DNA from: Bacteroidota bacterium
Lineage (GTDB): Bacteria; Bacteroidota; Bacteroidia; UBA7662; CANHCV01
Length of the DNA: 64,000 nucleotides
Direction of reading: 5' to 3'
NCBI GenBank assembly: GCA_947501265.1
Contig: CANMVY010000006.1
Location: 5-64,004, forward strand
Part shown: positions 1-9,608 of the stretch, piece by piece
Position numbering within the stretch: the stretch's first letter is position 1
Layout: each line of letters starts with the position of its first letter
Made by a program: the position numbers and the translations under genes
Notes under the pieces: model-generated
Told to the model about the DNA's origin: nothing
The model's input: only the letters and a program-made list of their open reading frames with translations
The model's database searches: none

Positions 1-3000
1 ACTCGGTTGTTCCATCGAAATCAACCGATTTGATGCGGTAGAAGGTGGTTGCTGGAATGTTCTGAGCATCACGGAAGGAATAATTTTGAAGGGTATTGGA
101 ATTTCCAACCGCTGCAACTTGACCGATTTTCTCAAACTTTTTGCCATCCAAAGAACGCTCGATTTCGAAACGATCGGTTCCTTTTTCAGAAGCGGTTGAC
201 CAAGTTACCATTGTTGACTCATTCACCTTTTTAGCGGCTACTTGAACCCAGGTAACGGGAAGAGCGCCGTTGCCACTACCTACTCCGAATGGTGAGAAGG
301 TACCCATGTAGTTGTTGTAAGAAATGGAGAACGGACCAGTTCCAGTAGCCGATTTTGAACCAGAGCTTAGTTTTTCCCAGGTATTGTTGGCCGAATTACA
401 GTGTGAAGCGTAGCAAAGGTTTCTGTTGAATAAATTCAATTCGTCTGTTCCAGTCCATTGGAAAGTTAGGTCAACTCCAGAAACATTCGCTCCATTTTTC
501 GTGATGTGCCAAGTGCGATTAACCGACTCTTGAGTGATGGCGTTTCCTCCACTGCAAGAAGTGGTAATTTGATCTTCAACCCGTGCACCCATGATTCCAC
601 CGTCGTTGTTCTTAACTGTGGTAGGATTATAAGAAGCGTTACCAATTTTAAAGGTGAACGACTCATTGGAATTGAAATCTTTGGTCACTTGTCCCAAACC
701 ATTTGTTTTTAGGTAAGAATTCGAATGTCCACCTTGGATTGTCGCATTTTTCCCAAAAGAAAGATCGGAATTATCTAAGGTAACATTTCCATTGGTTAGA
801 TTCAAGAGATTGTTAATGTTAACAGATTTGTCGATTTTGATTCCGCTTGAACGATTAACCACCAAAGTTCCCAATTGATTGTTTACATCCGTTAGAGGAA
901 GATTTAGTTGACCTCCATTTCCTTCAATTTTCAGGCTTGAATTGGCAGTAGTTTTAATTTTTCCTTGGCCATTTAGGTCTCCTTTAATGGTCATGGTATT
1001 TGATCCAACAAAAATGGTATCGTTAAGTGAAATATTTTGAATGGTTAAGTTGCCATTCAAAACCGGATTCCATAAAGTTCCGTTTGGAATATCTACATCT
1101 TCAGCTGAATCAGGGATACCACCACACCAATTTCGTGAATCGAACCAGTTGTCGTTAATTTCTCCAGTCCAATTCTTGTTTTTTACATTAACCGGGAAGT
1201 TTGGAGTGAAATTGGAAGCACAAACCCCATTTTTCAATTCAGCACGGAATTGACGTTGTGTTGTTAAATTCGAGAATGAAAGGGTATTAGTTGTATTGGT
1301 TACATCATTCCATACGTTTCCATCGGTGCTCCATTGCCATTTTTGAACAGCTCCGGTTTGATTAGAAACCTGCAATACTCCAGCATTAGTTCCACGACAA
1401 ACCAATTGATCTCCAGAAACCTGACCTGATTGGGTGGGTTGATCAACTTGAACAGCCACGGTTCGGTTGGAACTACATCCAAAAATGTTGGTAGCAGTTA
1501 AGGTTAAGTTCGCTGATTGATTGGGAGAGTAGTTTGAGACACTAGCTTGGTTTCCAACATTAGAATTGTTTTGATCATCCCAACTGTATGTAGCTTCATA
1601 ATTTTTAATACCAGCAATCAATACATTATCAATGGCCCAATATCTTTCTGCACCTGTGGTAACGTAATTAAAACGGATAAAAACGGTAGATTGATTTAGG
1701 AATCCAGCTGGTATGGCAATGGTTTCCTTCGAAAAGTTAGTTCGATCTCGAACATCATTCGTATACGATTGAAGAGATGTCCAAGTTGTTCCATTGGTTG
1801 AAATAGAGACATTTGCAAAGTCGGTACTTCCATCATCATTGTAATAATGGAAGAAATCTAAGTTTGCACTTGAAAACCCAGCAGTTGAAAACGAAGGCGA
1901 AATGATGGAAACATTCGTAGCACCATTATGATTTTCTGAATTTGCAAAGACAAAACGGGAATTATCATTACTTCGATAGTCATCGCCATTGTAATTATAG
2001 GTACTTTGTCGGAAAGTAAAACTCGTTCCATTTCTGGAACTTGAACTACCTCCTGTGGAACCATTTACCAACGTCCATGCTGCTTGATTGGATTCAAAAC
2101 CGTTAATGAATGTGGTATCAAATCGTGGAGTTGTAGAAGCCGTTGCATTCAATTGAACCGATGATCCTCTGCAAATTTGATTGGAAGTGGCAGAAGCCAC
2201 AACAATAGTTTGTATTGGAAGAATGGAAACGCTTAGGCTGTTGGAATTGGTGTTTGCGAAATTGGGGCAAGCATCAGCGCTTGGAGTTAATTCCAAAGAA
2301 ATGGTTTTAGCAGCGGTAAAGGTATCTGCAACCAAAGTGGAAGAATTGGTACCCACTGTAACCCCATTCACTCGCCATGAATAGGATGGATTGCTTCCTC
2401 CATTGGTAATGCTAGAGTTGAAAGTAACAGATGTATTGGAGCAAATAGATGATTTAGGTGTGCTAATCGATGCTGTTGCTGTTGTGCGACTTTTCACCTG
2501 CATGGTAATGGTCGAAGCAGAAACTGTATTCGATGTTCGGCAAGCGGCATTGCTGGTCAACACCAAACCAATGACATCCCCGTTGGCCAATCCACTGGAA
2601 GCGTAAGTCGCAAAAAATGCACCCGGGATGTTCGACCCATTGCGGGTCCATTGATACGATGGAGATGCACCGCCGTTGGTGATGGATGAAGTAAAGCTTT
2701 GAGCGGTTCCAGGACAAATGTTGTTGGTATTTACCGAAAAGCTCACCGTTGGAGTAACGCTGGCGTTGATTTGAGCCGTAATGGTCGAAGCCGTAGCGGT
2801 GTTAGCTGTTCGACAGTTCGCATTGCTGGTCAATACTAATCCAATCACATCTCCGTTGTTCAAAGAGTTAGATGAATAGGTTGAAGAAGAAGCACCTGAA
2901 ATGTTAGAACCATTGCGGGTCCATTGGTACGCTGGAGAAGCACCACCGTTGGTGATGGATGAAGAAAAGTTTTGAGTTGTTCCAGCACAAACGTTGTTGG

Positions 3001-4240
3001 TATTCACCGAAATGCTTACCGTTGGAGTTACGTTGGAGTTGATTTGAGCCGTAATGGTTGAAGCTGTTGCTGTATTCGAAGTTCTGCAAGTGGCGTTGCT
3101 GGTTAATACCAAACCAATCACATCTCCATTGTTCAAAGAGCTGGAAGAATAGGTTGAAGAGGATGCTCCAGAGATATTGCTTCCGTTGCGTGTCCACTGG
3201 TAAGCTGGAGAAGCTCCACCGTTGGTGATGGAAGAAGTAAAGTTTTGAGTTGTTCCAACACACACGTTGTTGTTCACCGAAATACTCACCGTTGGAGTTA
3301 CATTTGAGTTAACGGTCATTGTTGTGGCAGATGATGTTGCAGTTGGTGCACAAGTTCCACTTGAAGTAACACGAAGTGATATTTGATTTGAGTTAGATAA
3401 GGAAGTAGTCGTGTAAGTTGAAGAATTTGCTCCAGCAATGTTAGAGCCATTTAATAACCATTGATAACCGGGTGTTGTTCCACCATTTGAAACGGTAGAA
3501 GAAAAGGCTACTGAAGATCCGGAACATACCGAATTCGATGGAGTAGAAATTGAAACCGTTGGAGTTGTAGCGGTAGCGTCTCCAGTTAATTTAAAATCGT
3601 CGATGGTCCAACGTTCACTAGAACCATTATTATCTAGCGTAATTCTTACTCGAAGATTTGAAATACTTGGAAGATTGGTGATTTCTACGGTAGAATATCC
3701 GTCGCTAGTTCGATTACCACCAGAAGAAGGTGTAAATACGGTAACTCCAGCGGTAGAACTGAAGGGAACACTTGCAACACCTGTTCCGGTTGAGTAATGC
3801 CAGTACGCATTAGATTTCCCCGTTACTTCCAATAGATCGGTGTAAGAACTCCCTCCATTGGTCGAAATCTCAACCATAGCGATATCAGATTCATCCAATC
3901 CGTTGTTCGTACTATTCAACGACCAAGCAGCCAATCTAAATCTTAACTTGTTGTTGCAATACGCAGATGTGTTAATGTCTGAAGATGAAAGAATCGTTTG
4001 TTGGTTCGTACATGACCCTGCTTGCGTTCCTTCACTGAAGAAGGGTAAACTTGCAGGCCTACTGGAACTATTACTATTCCCACTTAAGTAAGTAAGATTG
4101 CTCGTGGAGGAGAAAACCCCAGCGGAACCATTAAAGGGTGCCGAAGCAATAACGGTTTGAGCTTGAACGCTCGAAAAACAACAAATTCCCAAGAGGAATG
4201 GCAATGATGTTTTTAACAATGTTTGTAACTTTTGTCGCAT
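1..4240 (-). CDS. Large secreted surface adhesin, T9SS-substrate type. N-terminal signal peptide, jelly-roll/MAM-like (choice-of-anchor-J-like) domains, at least 5 tandem 91-aa Ig-like repeats. Partial: the C-terminus and presumed T9SS sorting domain lie upstream of window position 1.
   Basis: Minus-strand frame is open from the ATG at 4240 to the window edge. The N-terminus MRQKLQTLLKTSLPFLLGICCFSSVQAQ is a signal peptide. Repeats carry the motif FTSSITNGGASPAYQWTRNGSNI...C. Two domains end in W(T/A)IDD/N-hydrophobic. The last in-window residues (FYRIKSVDFDGTT) are typical of the beta-sandwich that precedes T9SS C-terminal domains. The gene is absent from the ORF track only because its stop codon lies outside the window. 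Confidence 0.75.
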   Translation of the reverse strand, partial: MRQKLQTLLKTSLPFLLGICCFSSVQAQTVIASAPFNGSAGVFSSTSNLTYLSGNSNSSSRPASLPFFSEGTQAGSCTNQQTILSSSDINTSAYCNNKLRFRLAAWSLNSTNNGLDESDIAMVEISTNGGSSYTDLLEVTGKSNAYWHYSTGTGVASVPFSSTAGVTVFTPSSGGNRTSDGYSTVEITNLPSISNLRVRITLDNNGSSERWTIDDFKLTGDATATTPTVSISTPSNSVCSGSSVAFSSTVSNGGTTPGYQWLLNGSNIAGANSSTYTTTSLSNSNQISLRVTSSGTCAPTATSSATTMTVNSNVTPTVSISVNNNVCVGTTQNFTSSITNGGASPAYQWTRNGSNISGASSSTYSSSSLNNGDVIGLVLTSNATCRTSNTATASTITAQINSNVTPTVSISVNTNNVCAGTTQNFSSSITNGGASPAYQWTRNGSNISGASSSTYSSNSLNNGDVIGLVLTSNANCRTANTATASTITAQINASVTPTVSFSVNTNNICPGTAQSFTSSITNGGASPSYQWTRNGSNIPGAFFATYASSGLANGDVIGLVLTSNAACRTSNTVSASTITMQVKSRTTATASISTPKSSICSNTSVTFNSSITNGGSNPSYSWRVNGVTVGTNSSTLVADTFTAAKTISLELTPSADACPNFANTNSNSLSVSILPIQTIVVASATSNQICRGSSVQLNATASTTPRFDTTFINGFESNQAAWTLVNGSTGGSSSSRNGTSFTFRQSTYNYNGDDYRSNDNSRFVFANSENHNGATNVSIISPSFSTAGFSSANLDFFHYYNDDGSTDFANVSISTNGTTWTSLQSYTNDVRDRTNFSKETIAIPAGFLNQSTVFIRFNYVTTGAERYWAIDNVLIAGIKNYEATYSWDDQNNSNVGNQASVSNYSPNQSANLTLTATNIFGCSSNRTVAVQVDQPTQSGQVSGDQLVCRGTNAGVLQVSNQTGAVQKWQWSTDGNVWNDVTNTTNTLSFSNLTTQRQFRAELKNGVCASNFTPNFPVNVKNKNWTGEINDNWFDSRNWCGGIPDSAEDVDIPNGTLWNPVLNGNLTIQNISLNDTIFVGSNTMTIKGDLNGQGKIKTTANSSLKIEGNGGQLNLPLTDVNNQLGTLVVNRSSGIKIDKSVNINNLLNLTNGNVTLDNSDLSFGKNATIQGGHSNSYLKTNGLGQVTKDFNSNESFTFKIGNASYNPTTVKNNDGGIMGARVEDQITTSCSGGNAITQESVNRTWHITKNGANVSGVDLTFQWTGTDELNLFNRNLCYASHCNSANNTWEKLSSGSKSATGTGPFSISYNNYMGTFSPFGVGSGNGALPVTWVQVAAKKVNESTMVTWSTASEKGTDRFEIERSLDGKKFEKIGQVAAVGNSNTLQNYSFRDAQNIPATTFYRIKSVDFDGTTE
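2364..3600 (-). repeat. In-frame tandem repeat array with period 273 bp (91 aa). Three high-identity units begin at about 2637, 2910 and 3183. They are flanked by more diverged copies.
   Basis: Direct reading shows ccattgcgggtccattg...ggtgatggatgaag recurring at exactly 273-bp spacing. Units are roughly 80-90% identical at the DNA level. Every unit encodes an Ig-like YQWTRNG repeat of the adhesin. Confidence 0.85.
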
Positions 4241-4248
4241 AAAATTTT

Positions 4249-4265
4249 TGTTTGCGGTACAAACA
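4249..4265. promoter_or_regulatory. Inverted repeat TGTTTG-CGGTA-CAAACA, 9 nt upstream of the adhesin start codon. Possible operator site.
   Basis: Perfect 6-bp arms seen in the sequence. Downstream of it on the minus strand lies a candidate Bacteroidetes -7 element (TATGTTTG). Confidence 0.2.
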
Positions 4266-4323
4266 TATAGCTAATTTTTTAAATGTGCAAGAATATTTAA
4301 TTTGTTGCAAAAAAATTAACATA

Positions 4324-4352
4324 GAAAAAGGGGGAACTTGGAAGTTCCCCCT
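4324..4352 (-). terminator. Rho-independent terminator for the 4373..6637 gene.
   Basis: Hairpin GGGGGAAC-TTGGAA-GTTCCCCC, followed on the minus strand by TTTTT. Confidence 0.7.
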
Positions 4353-4372
4353 TTCGAAAAAGAATGAATTGG

Positions 4373-6637
4373 TTACTTGATCAACTTGTAGTTGACTATT
4401 CCTTCTTTGGTTTGAATCCGAAGGAAGTAAGCCCCTTTGTTTAAATTCTCGGTGTTCAAAACGGTTTGAACATTTCCAGACTTCATTCCCATATCTAAGG
4501 TCTGTACCAATTTGCCTTGAATATCCATCAAAGTGATCTTCACCTGAGACGATTTTAAAAGTTCAAATTGAACATGAATCTGATCTTGAACAGGATTAGG
4601 GTAAACCATGGTGTTCAACACATCAAATTGTTTAGTTTGATTTACAGAAGCCAAAATGTAGGTAGAATTAATCACAAAATCGATTCCAGAAACCGTTGGA
4701 TTTGAAGAGCTAACAACCACCGTTACATTCGCAGGCGTTAACCCTGGCATATCCATGGTAACGGTATAGGTACCTGCCTCAACATCTGAAATGATGTATT
4801 CGCCATTCATATCCGATTCAGCAGTTCCTACCACATCGTTGCTGGAATTCACCAAGTAAACCAAATGTCCGGCTAAGGAATTGACCTTTCGTGATCCCAT
4901 AAAAACATTTCCACGAACTACAAATGGACGAGTGGGGCGATTTGGCATTTTTGCCAAACGAATATTGGTGTTCTGACGACCTGGGCATACGTTAACAGGA
5001 GTTGAAGAGAACCACCATGTGGAATTACCGAAATACGTAGGAAGGTACATTCGGAATCCCGGCGTGGAAGAATCGGCCATCGCTTGAATCAAATAGGAAC
5101 CGTTGGCCACCCCGTTAAAGGTGTAATATCCATTAGCGTTGGAACGAACGGTTTGGCGCAAGGCTGTACCTAAATTTCCAACTTCGTACAATCTCACCCA
5201 TGCATTATTTACAGCCAAATTCATACTGTCACGGGTAATATAACCGGCAATGGTACACGTTGTTGCATTACTTCCCAAACGAATGGTATCGCATTTATCG
5301 GATCGGCAATTGGTTGCTGAGTCAAACATGGTTAAGCAAACACGGAAAATACCAGTAGAATTGTAGGTTTTAGATGGATTCATAGCAGTTGAGCTAGTTC
5401 CATCTCCAAAACTCCAAGTGTAGTTGGCCGCGGGGCCTCCCATGGAGATGTTTTGGAATTGAACGGTACTATTCTGAATGGTATAAGTGAAATTGGCTCG
5501 ACAATTTGGAGCCGTTGGAGTTCCCATTACACGAATAGAATCACAAATGGTGTTTCGGCAAATGGCGCCATTGGAAGAATCGATGATGGTTAAACAAGCC
5601 CAATAAACCCCATTACGAGAATAGATATGATTAACCACAGCTCCTGCTCCGAAAGTTCCATCACCAAAATTCCAAGAATAAGTGGTTCGAGGTGAAGGCG
5701 TTAACGACCTACTCGTAAATAGTACTGAACGGGAAGATTGTTGTACGAAGTGCGTAAAGGAGGCTCTACAACCGGTATTTGAACCACCACCACTAATGAT
5801 AAAACTATCGCATTTGGTGTTATTGCACTGATTCATTGAATCAACAATGGTCAAACAAATGGTATAAGATCCAGGCGTTAAACTTGTTGTTGCAGATTGT
5901 CCCATTAAAACAATGGGAGAATTGTTAGCTTGCGTGAGAGTCCATCGGTAAAAAGTACCGGGGCCTACTCCTGTTGAAGTAGAAGTAAATACACCCGTAT
6001 TTCCCTGAATCGATTTTGTAAAATTGGCCAAACAAGCAGTAGTAGAATTTTGAATGGAAATATTTTTACAGATGGTATCATTGCAATTGGTATTCGGATT
6101 TGAAATACTTAAGCAAACGCTATACATGCCTGATGCACGGTAAGTGTGGGAAGGATTCGCCAAAGTGGAAGAAGTTCCATCTCCAAATGACCAAAAGTAA
6201 TTGGTCCCTGGCGTGTTTACTCCTGTAGAGGTATTGGTAAAGTTGGAGGTTAACCCGGTTGAACTAGAAGTGAAATTGGCAATGCATGCCGTTGTATTAC
6301 CGCAATAATTTAGGTTCAAGGTTAAAGTTGGCGAATTAGGTGAAAAGAATCCGTTCGCACTAACCAATACACCCAAACAATTGAATGTGGCTGCGGTAAC
6401 CATTCCCTGAGGAACTCGGCTATTCACCGTAGCAGAATAACAACCGTTTGCATTGGTTGTAACCGTTACCGGTGGAACCATGGTCATGGAATCGAAACGA
6501 AGGGTAATGCTTTTATTTGTAAGGTTTACTCCTCCCCCATTCAACAAGCAACCGCTAATGGTAAATGGGTTTTGGCTGAAGCCAAACAGCCCCACCATGA
6601 CAAAGGCGAGGACAAAAATGTGTTTAATTTTATTCAT
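4373..6637 (-). CDS. T9SS cargo protein: signal peptide, 4 PKD domains, 2 carboxypeptidase-regulatory-like domains, T9SS type-A C-terminal sorting domain.
   Basis: PKD motifs W(S/N)FGDGT...NP.HTY occur four times. The C-terminus reads VYPNPVQDQIHVQFELL...ITLMDIQGKLV...GAYFLRIQT...KLIK. The start overlaps the stop of the upstream gene (ATGA at 6634-6637). Confidence 0.8.
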   Translation of the reverse strand: MNKIKHIFVLAFVMVGLFGFSQNPFTISGCLLNGGGVNLTNKSITLRFDSMTMVPPVTVTTNANGCYSATVNSRVPQGMVTAATFNCLGVLVSANGFFSPNSPTLTLNLNYCGNTTACIANFTSSSTGLTSNFTNTSTGVNTPGTNYFWSFGDGTSSTLANPSHTYRASGMYSVCLSISNPNTNCNDTICKNISIQNSTTACLANFTKSIQGNTGVFTSTSTGVGPGTFYRWTLTQANNSPIVLMGQSATTSLTPGSYTICLTIVDSMNQCNNTKCDSFIISGGGSNTGCRASFTHFVQQSSRSVLFTSRSLTPSPRTTYSWNFGDGTFGAGAVVNHIYSRNGVYWACLTIIDSSNGAICRNTICDSIRVMGTPTAPNCRANFTYTIQNSTVQFQNISMGGPAANYTWSFGDGTSSTAMNPSKTYNSTGIFRVCLTMFDSATNCRSDKCDTIRLGSNATTCTIAGYITRDSMNLAVNNAWVRLYEVGNLGTALRQTVRSNANGYYTFNGVANGSYLIQAMADSSTPGFRMYLPTYFGNSTWWFSSTPVNVCPGRQNTNIRLAKMPNRPTRPFVVRGNVFMGSRKVNSLAGHLVYLVNSSNDVVGTAESDMNGEYIISDVEAGTYTVTMDMPGLTPANVTVVVSSSNPTVSGIDFVINSTYILASVNQTKQFDVLNTMVYPNPVQDQIHVQFELLKSSQVKITLMDIQGKLVQTLDMGMKSGNVQTVLNTENLNKGAYFLRIQTKEGIVNYKLIK

Positions 6638-8064
6638 GGGTTTGTAATTAATTTTTGCATAAAGCTTCCATCCAAAGACCTCAAAAGGTGCAAATTGTTG
6701 CTTGATGAAAGTTGAAAGTTGAAAGTATTTCCTGGAAAAATTTGAAATGATTGAATGATACGACCAGATAAGTCATAAATTTCAAATTCTCGAATTTCAT
6801 TAGAACGATTTTCAAGGGAATAAGAGCTGCCAGAATGGGTTAAAACGAAATTGGAACGATCTAGCATCGTAGGAATTACATTGTTGGCCACCATTTTAAC
6901 AACAACCGAGTTGGTTGCATTCGGGGTTCCACCATTGAATTGTACATAGGCCGTGTTTTCAATGGAATCTCCATAACGAAGTCCTTGGCGAACACCAGCA
7001 GAAAAGTACAAGTAACCTTGAGACAAAGTGGGGTCATTCGAAGAATCAGGCAAAACGATGTTTGAAAAATCCCAACGAAGAACATTGCCAAGTACGCTAA
7101 ATTGGAAAGGATGACTCGAAGACCCGATTCGAATATCGGTTAATGGAAGATTGGTATCCAAAGTATCAATCACCGAAACATTGGAAACCGTAAATCCGGT
7201 TTTATTCTGAAATCGAATGAAGTAATTGATGCGGTTCGTTGACGGAGAAATATAGGTTGGATTAACGGATTTAAAGGTTGGTGAGATGTTATTCGTTACC
7301 GATTGAACGACATTCGATTTGTTGTCAGATGGGTAAATGTCGGTTAAATTTTGAGTTGCTGCCTCAAATTGAACCATGGATCCTGGCAATACCGTTGAAG
7401 GAATTCGAACATCTACAAAAATTTGTTTTTCTTCTCTGATGTGAATGGTTTGGTTAATATCCCAATACAAGGTATTACCAACTGAACGACTCGGTGCAGG
7501 AACGGAACGATAATGTTGTGTTCCAGTAGGGATTTCAAACTTAACGGAAAAAGAATCAATTGCTTCAGATCCCAAATTTTTTAAATGAATCGTGTATCGA
7601 TCAATGCTGGAATTCAAAGCATTCCAACCGTATGGAGCTGATGTTGTTACTTTTATGTCGGTTCGATTTGGAAAAATGGTTTGAGGAATGTGATAGAAAT
7701 TCTTAGGAGCTGTGTCGGATGCCACATAAAATGTTGCATTTTGAATGCACTTATTTTGAGTGTAGTAATGACGATAATCGTTGGTATCTCTTAACAAGGT
7801 AATCATGTGGAGCATGCGAATGGGGATTCTGAAAGAATAATTCCCCAATGAATCGGTCATGGTGTACTGCGGATTGCTTCCATTGGGAAGACTAATTTTC
7901 ACCATCCGAAAAGAAAGTCCTTCTTCGTTGGAGTTAAAACTACAGTTTTCATTGTTATCGTGAAAAACCTTTCCTCCAACCCAACCCGTTTGAGCAATTG
8001 CACCAGAAGTCATTCCCAAAATGGAAATGAAAAAAAGTACTTTGTAAATGCTCATTTTGGACAT
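6634..8064 (-). CDS. Secreted protein with an SdrD-B/Cna-B-like N-terminal domain and a T9SS C-terminal sorting domain. Function unknown.
   Basis: Signal peptide MSKMSIYKVLFFISILGMTSGAIAQ. N-terminal motif GWVGGKVFHDNNENC...GNYSF. C-terminal EFEIYDLSGRIIQ...LHLLRSLDGSFMQKLI matches the distal half of a T9SS C-terminal domain. Confidence 0.6.
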   Translation of the reverse strand: MSKMSIYKVLFFISILGMTSGAIAQTGWVGGKVFHDNNENCSFNSNEEGLSFRMVKISLPNGSNPQYTMTDSLGNYSFRIPIRMLHMITLLRDTNDYRHYYTQNKCIQNATFYVASDTAPKNFYHIPQTIFPNRTDIKVTTSAPYGWNALNSSIDRYTIHLKNLGSEAIDSFSVKFEIPTGTQHYRSVPAPSRSVGNTLYWDINQTIHIREEKQIFVDVRIPSTVLPGSMVQFEAATQNLTDIYPSDNKSNVVQSVTNNISPTFKSVNPTYISPSTNRINYFIRFQNKTGFTVSNVSVIDTLDTNLPLTDIRIGSSSHPFQFSVLGNVLRWDFSNIVLPDSSNDPTLSQGYLYFSAGVRQGLRYGDSIENTAYVQFNGGTPNATNSVVVKMVANNVIPTMLDRSNFVLTHSGSSYSLENRSNEIREFEIYDLSGRIIQSFQIFPGNTFNFQLSSSNNLHLLRSLDGSFMQKLITNP

Positions 8065-9608
8065 TATTTTGATTTAAGGTAATAACGAACAGAAACGCCT
8101 GCCTCAAATATACTCATTTCTCTGAAAATCAAACTGTTTTTGTTTGAAAATTTGACAGAAAAGGGGCGGCCGATTTGTGCTCCAATTCCCCAATGTTGGG
8201 CCACTCTCGATTGAATCCAAATCGAAGATTTTCCAACTGCTTCCCATTCTATTTTTGAAGGCATGTTGGTTGATTCCAAGGAAATGGGATCGACGATTTG
8301 AAGAATGTTCATTTTTTGGAATCCCATTCCCAAATTCTGTTGAATTCCCAACTCTAACGATGGGTTAATTTTCCAAGATTTGTAAATGCTTCCTTGAAGG
8401 TTCATTCTGCTTTGAGTCACTTCAATCTGTTCTTCCTTGTGAATTTGCCCTCGTGGACCAAGTGGAATATATCCCAAAATTCTTCCAGTTGAACTATCTA
8501 AAACGGGGATTTCTGTAATGTGATATTCAATTTCTTTTTTGAACGTACTTGTTGAAACACCACCTCCAAAGCCGACCCCAAAACCTTTACTCATTGGTTT
8601 GATCCAAAGAATACCTATGTTCATTTGTGGAATGATCTTCCAACTCTGAAGTGGATCCCAATGTTTATTTTTCTCTCCGAAATATTCCAATTTTTTATTC
8701 GTTGAACCGGATGATAAACTCAATTGCAAAAAGTTGCGCTTTTTGTTGTTGGATTTAACGATCGGTAAATCATCCTTTCTTTGAAAGTTTCCTTGAATCA
8801 ACCTTGTTTTTGATTTCAACGGGGAAAACTCCAAGTTTTCAACCACTAATTTTCCTTTTGAAGTATTGGTTTCTGAATTCTCAAGTAATCTTCCAATGTT
8901 ATTGAAATTTGAAGTCAATTTTGATTCAATATCTTCAAAAGAATTTTTCAATTTCCTCTTTTTTCGTGCAGTTTCTTTTGAATTTAAAAGAGTTGGTTCA
9001 AATGATCTTGAATTGATTGATTTTGTTTTGGTTAAGTTGATTTTATCGGCTTTTGAATTGTTTTGAAGAATTGGGTTGCGATGGGCCAATTTTCTAGCTC
9101 TAGAAGAACCTACCAAACCAGAAATAGTACCGCTTTTTGGTTGTTCCGCAAGGTTTGGTTGAGCTTGATGTAGATTTCCTTTTGATTTAGATTCAATACC
9201 AAGATTACCTTCTTCATTGATCTCGAACTTTTGAATGGACCAACCGGAAAAAAAGATCAACAATAAAATCGCAGCACGTTTGCTCCATTTTTTCAAGATC
9301 AGCCCATTCCAATAGGATTTAAACTCTTGGAAGCTTAATCGACCCGCATTAAGATGTTGAGAACTTTGAGTGTGTAACCACTCATCGAGGGAATGGGTTG
9401 CCGATTCTTGTTTCTCTTGGTACTTTAAAAACTCAGCGAAATTTGGGTTTTCTAAGGGTACAGAATTGGTTTGATTTTCCAGCCAATGATCTAATTGATC
9501 TTTTTTAGGAATGACTGACTTTTCTTGAAACGATTCAAAGGAAGGAACATCGTTTTCAACAGCGTTGGAAAGTGACGCATGTAAAAATTGATCAAGCGGA
9601 TGTTTCAT
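8064..9608 (-). CDS. Anti-sigma-factor-like single-pass membrane protein. About 110-aa cytoplasmic N-domain, one TM helix, a K/S/N-rich linker, and a beta-strand-rich C-terminal domain.
   Basis: Its start overlaps the stop of the ECF sigma gene by 17 bp. TM segment AAILLLIFFSGWSIQKF. Repeated LD(H/E)WL..Q motifs in the N-domain. No recognisable FecR motif. Confidence 0.45.
   Translation of the reverse strand: MKHPLDQFLHASLSNAVENDVPSFESFQEKSVIPKKDQLDHWLENQTNSVPLENPNFAEFLKYQEKQESATHSLDEWLHTQSSQHLNAGRLSFQEFKSYWNGLILKKWSKRAAILLLIFFSGWSIQKFEINEEGNLGIESKSKGNLHQAQPNLAEQPKSGTISGLVGSSRARKLAHRNPILQNNSKADKINLTKTKSINSRSFEPTLLNSKETARKKRKLKNSFEDIESKLTSNFNNIGRLLENSETNTSKGKLVVENLEFSPLKSKTRLIQGNFQRKDDLPIVKSNNKKRNFLQLSLSSGSTNKKLEYFGEKNKHWDPLQSWKIIPQMNIGILWIKPMSKGFGVGFGGGVSTSTFKKEIEYHITEIPVLDSSTGRILGYIPLGPRGQIHKEEQIEVTQSRMNLQGSIYKSWKINPSLELGIQQNLGMGFQKMNILQIVDPISLESTNMPSKIEWEAVGKSSIWIQSRVAQHWGIGAQIGRPFSVKFSNKNSLIFREMSIFEAGVSVRYYLKSK

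Noticed and set aside
2463-3263. Minus-strand ORFs of 84 and 119 aa inside the repeat region (MSWNRSKLYF... and MCWNNSKLYF...).
   Set aside because: They are the wrong reading frame of the adhesin repeat array. The in-frame translation gives conserved Ig-like modules.
2364-3600. Possible CRISPR-like repeat array.
   Set aside because: The period is 273 bp with no short spacer/repeat alternation. The whole array is one open reading frame encoding Ig-like protein modules.
4131-4322. 63-aa minus-strand ORF (MLIFLQQIKYSC...).
   Set aside because: It is out of frame with, and overlaps, the true N-terminus of the adhesin, which starts at ATG 4240 and encodes a canonical signal peptide.
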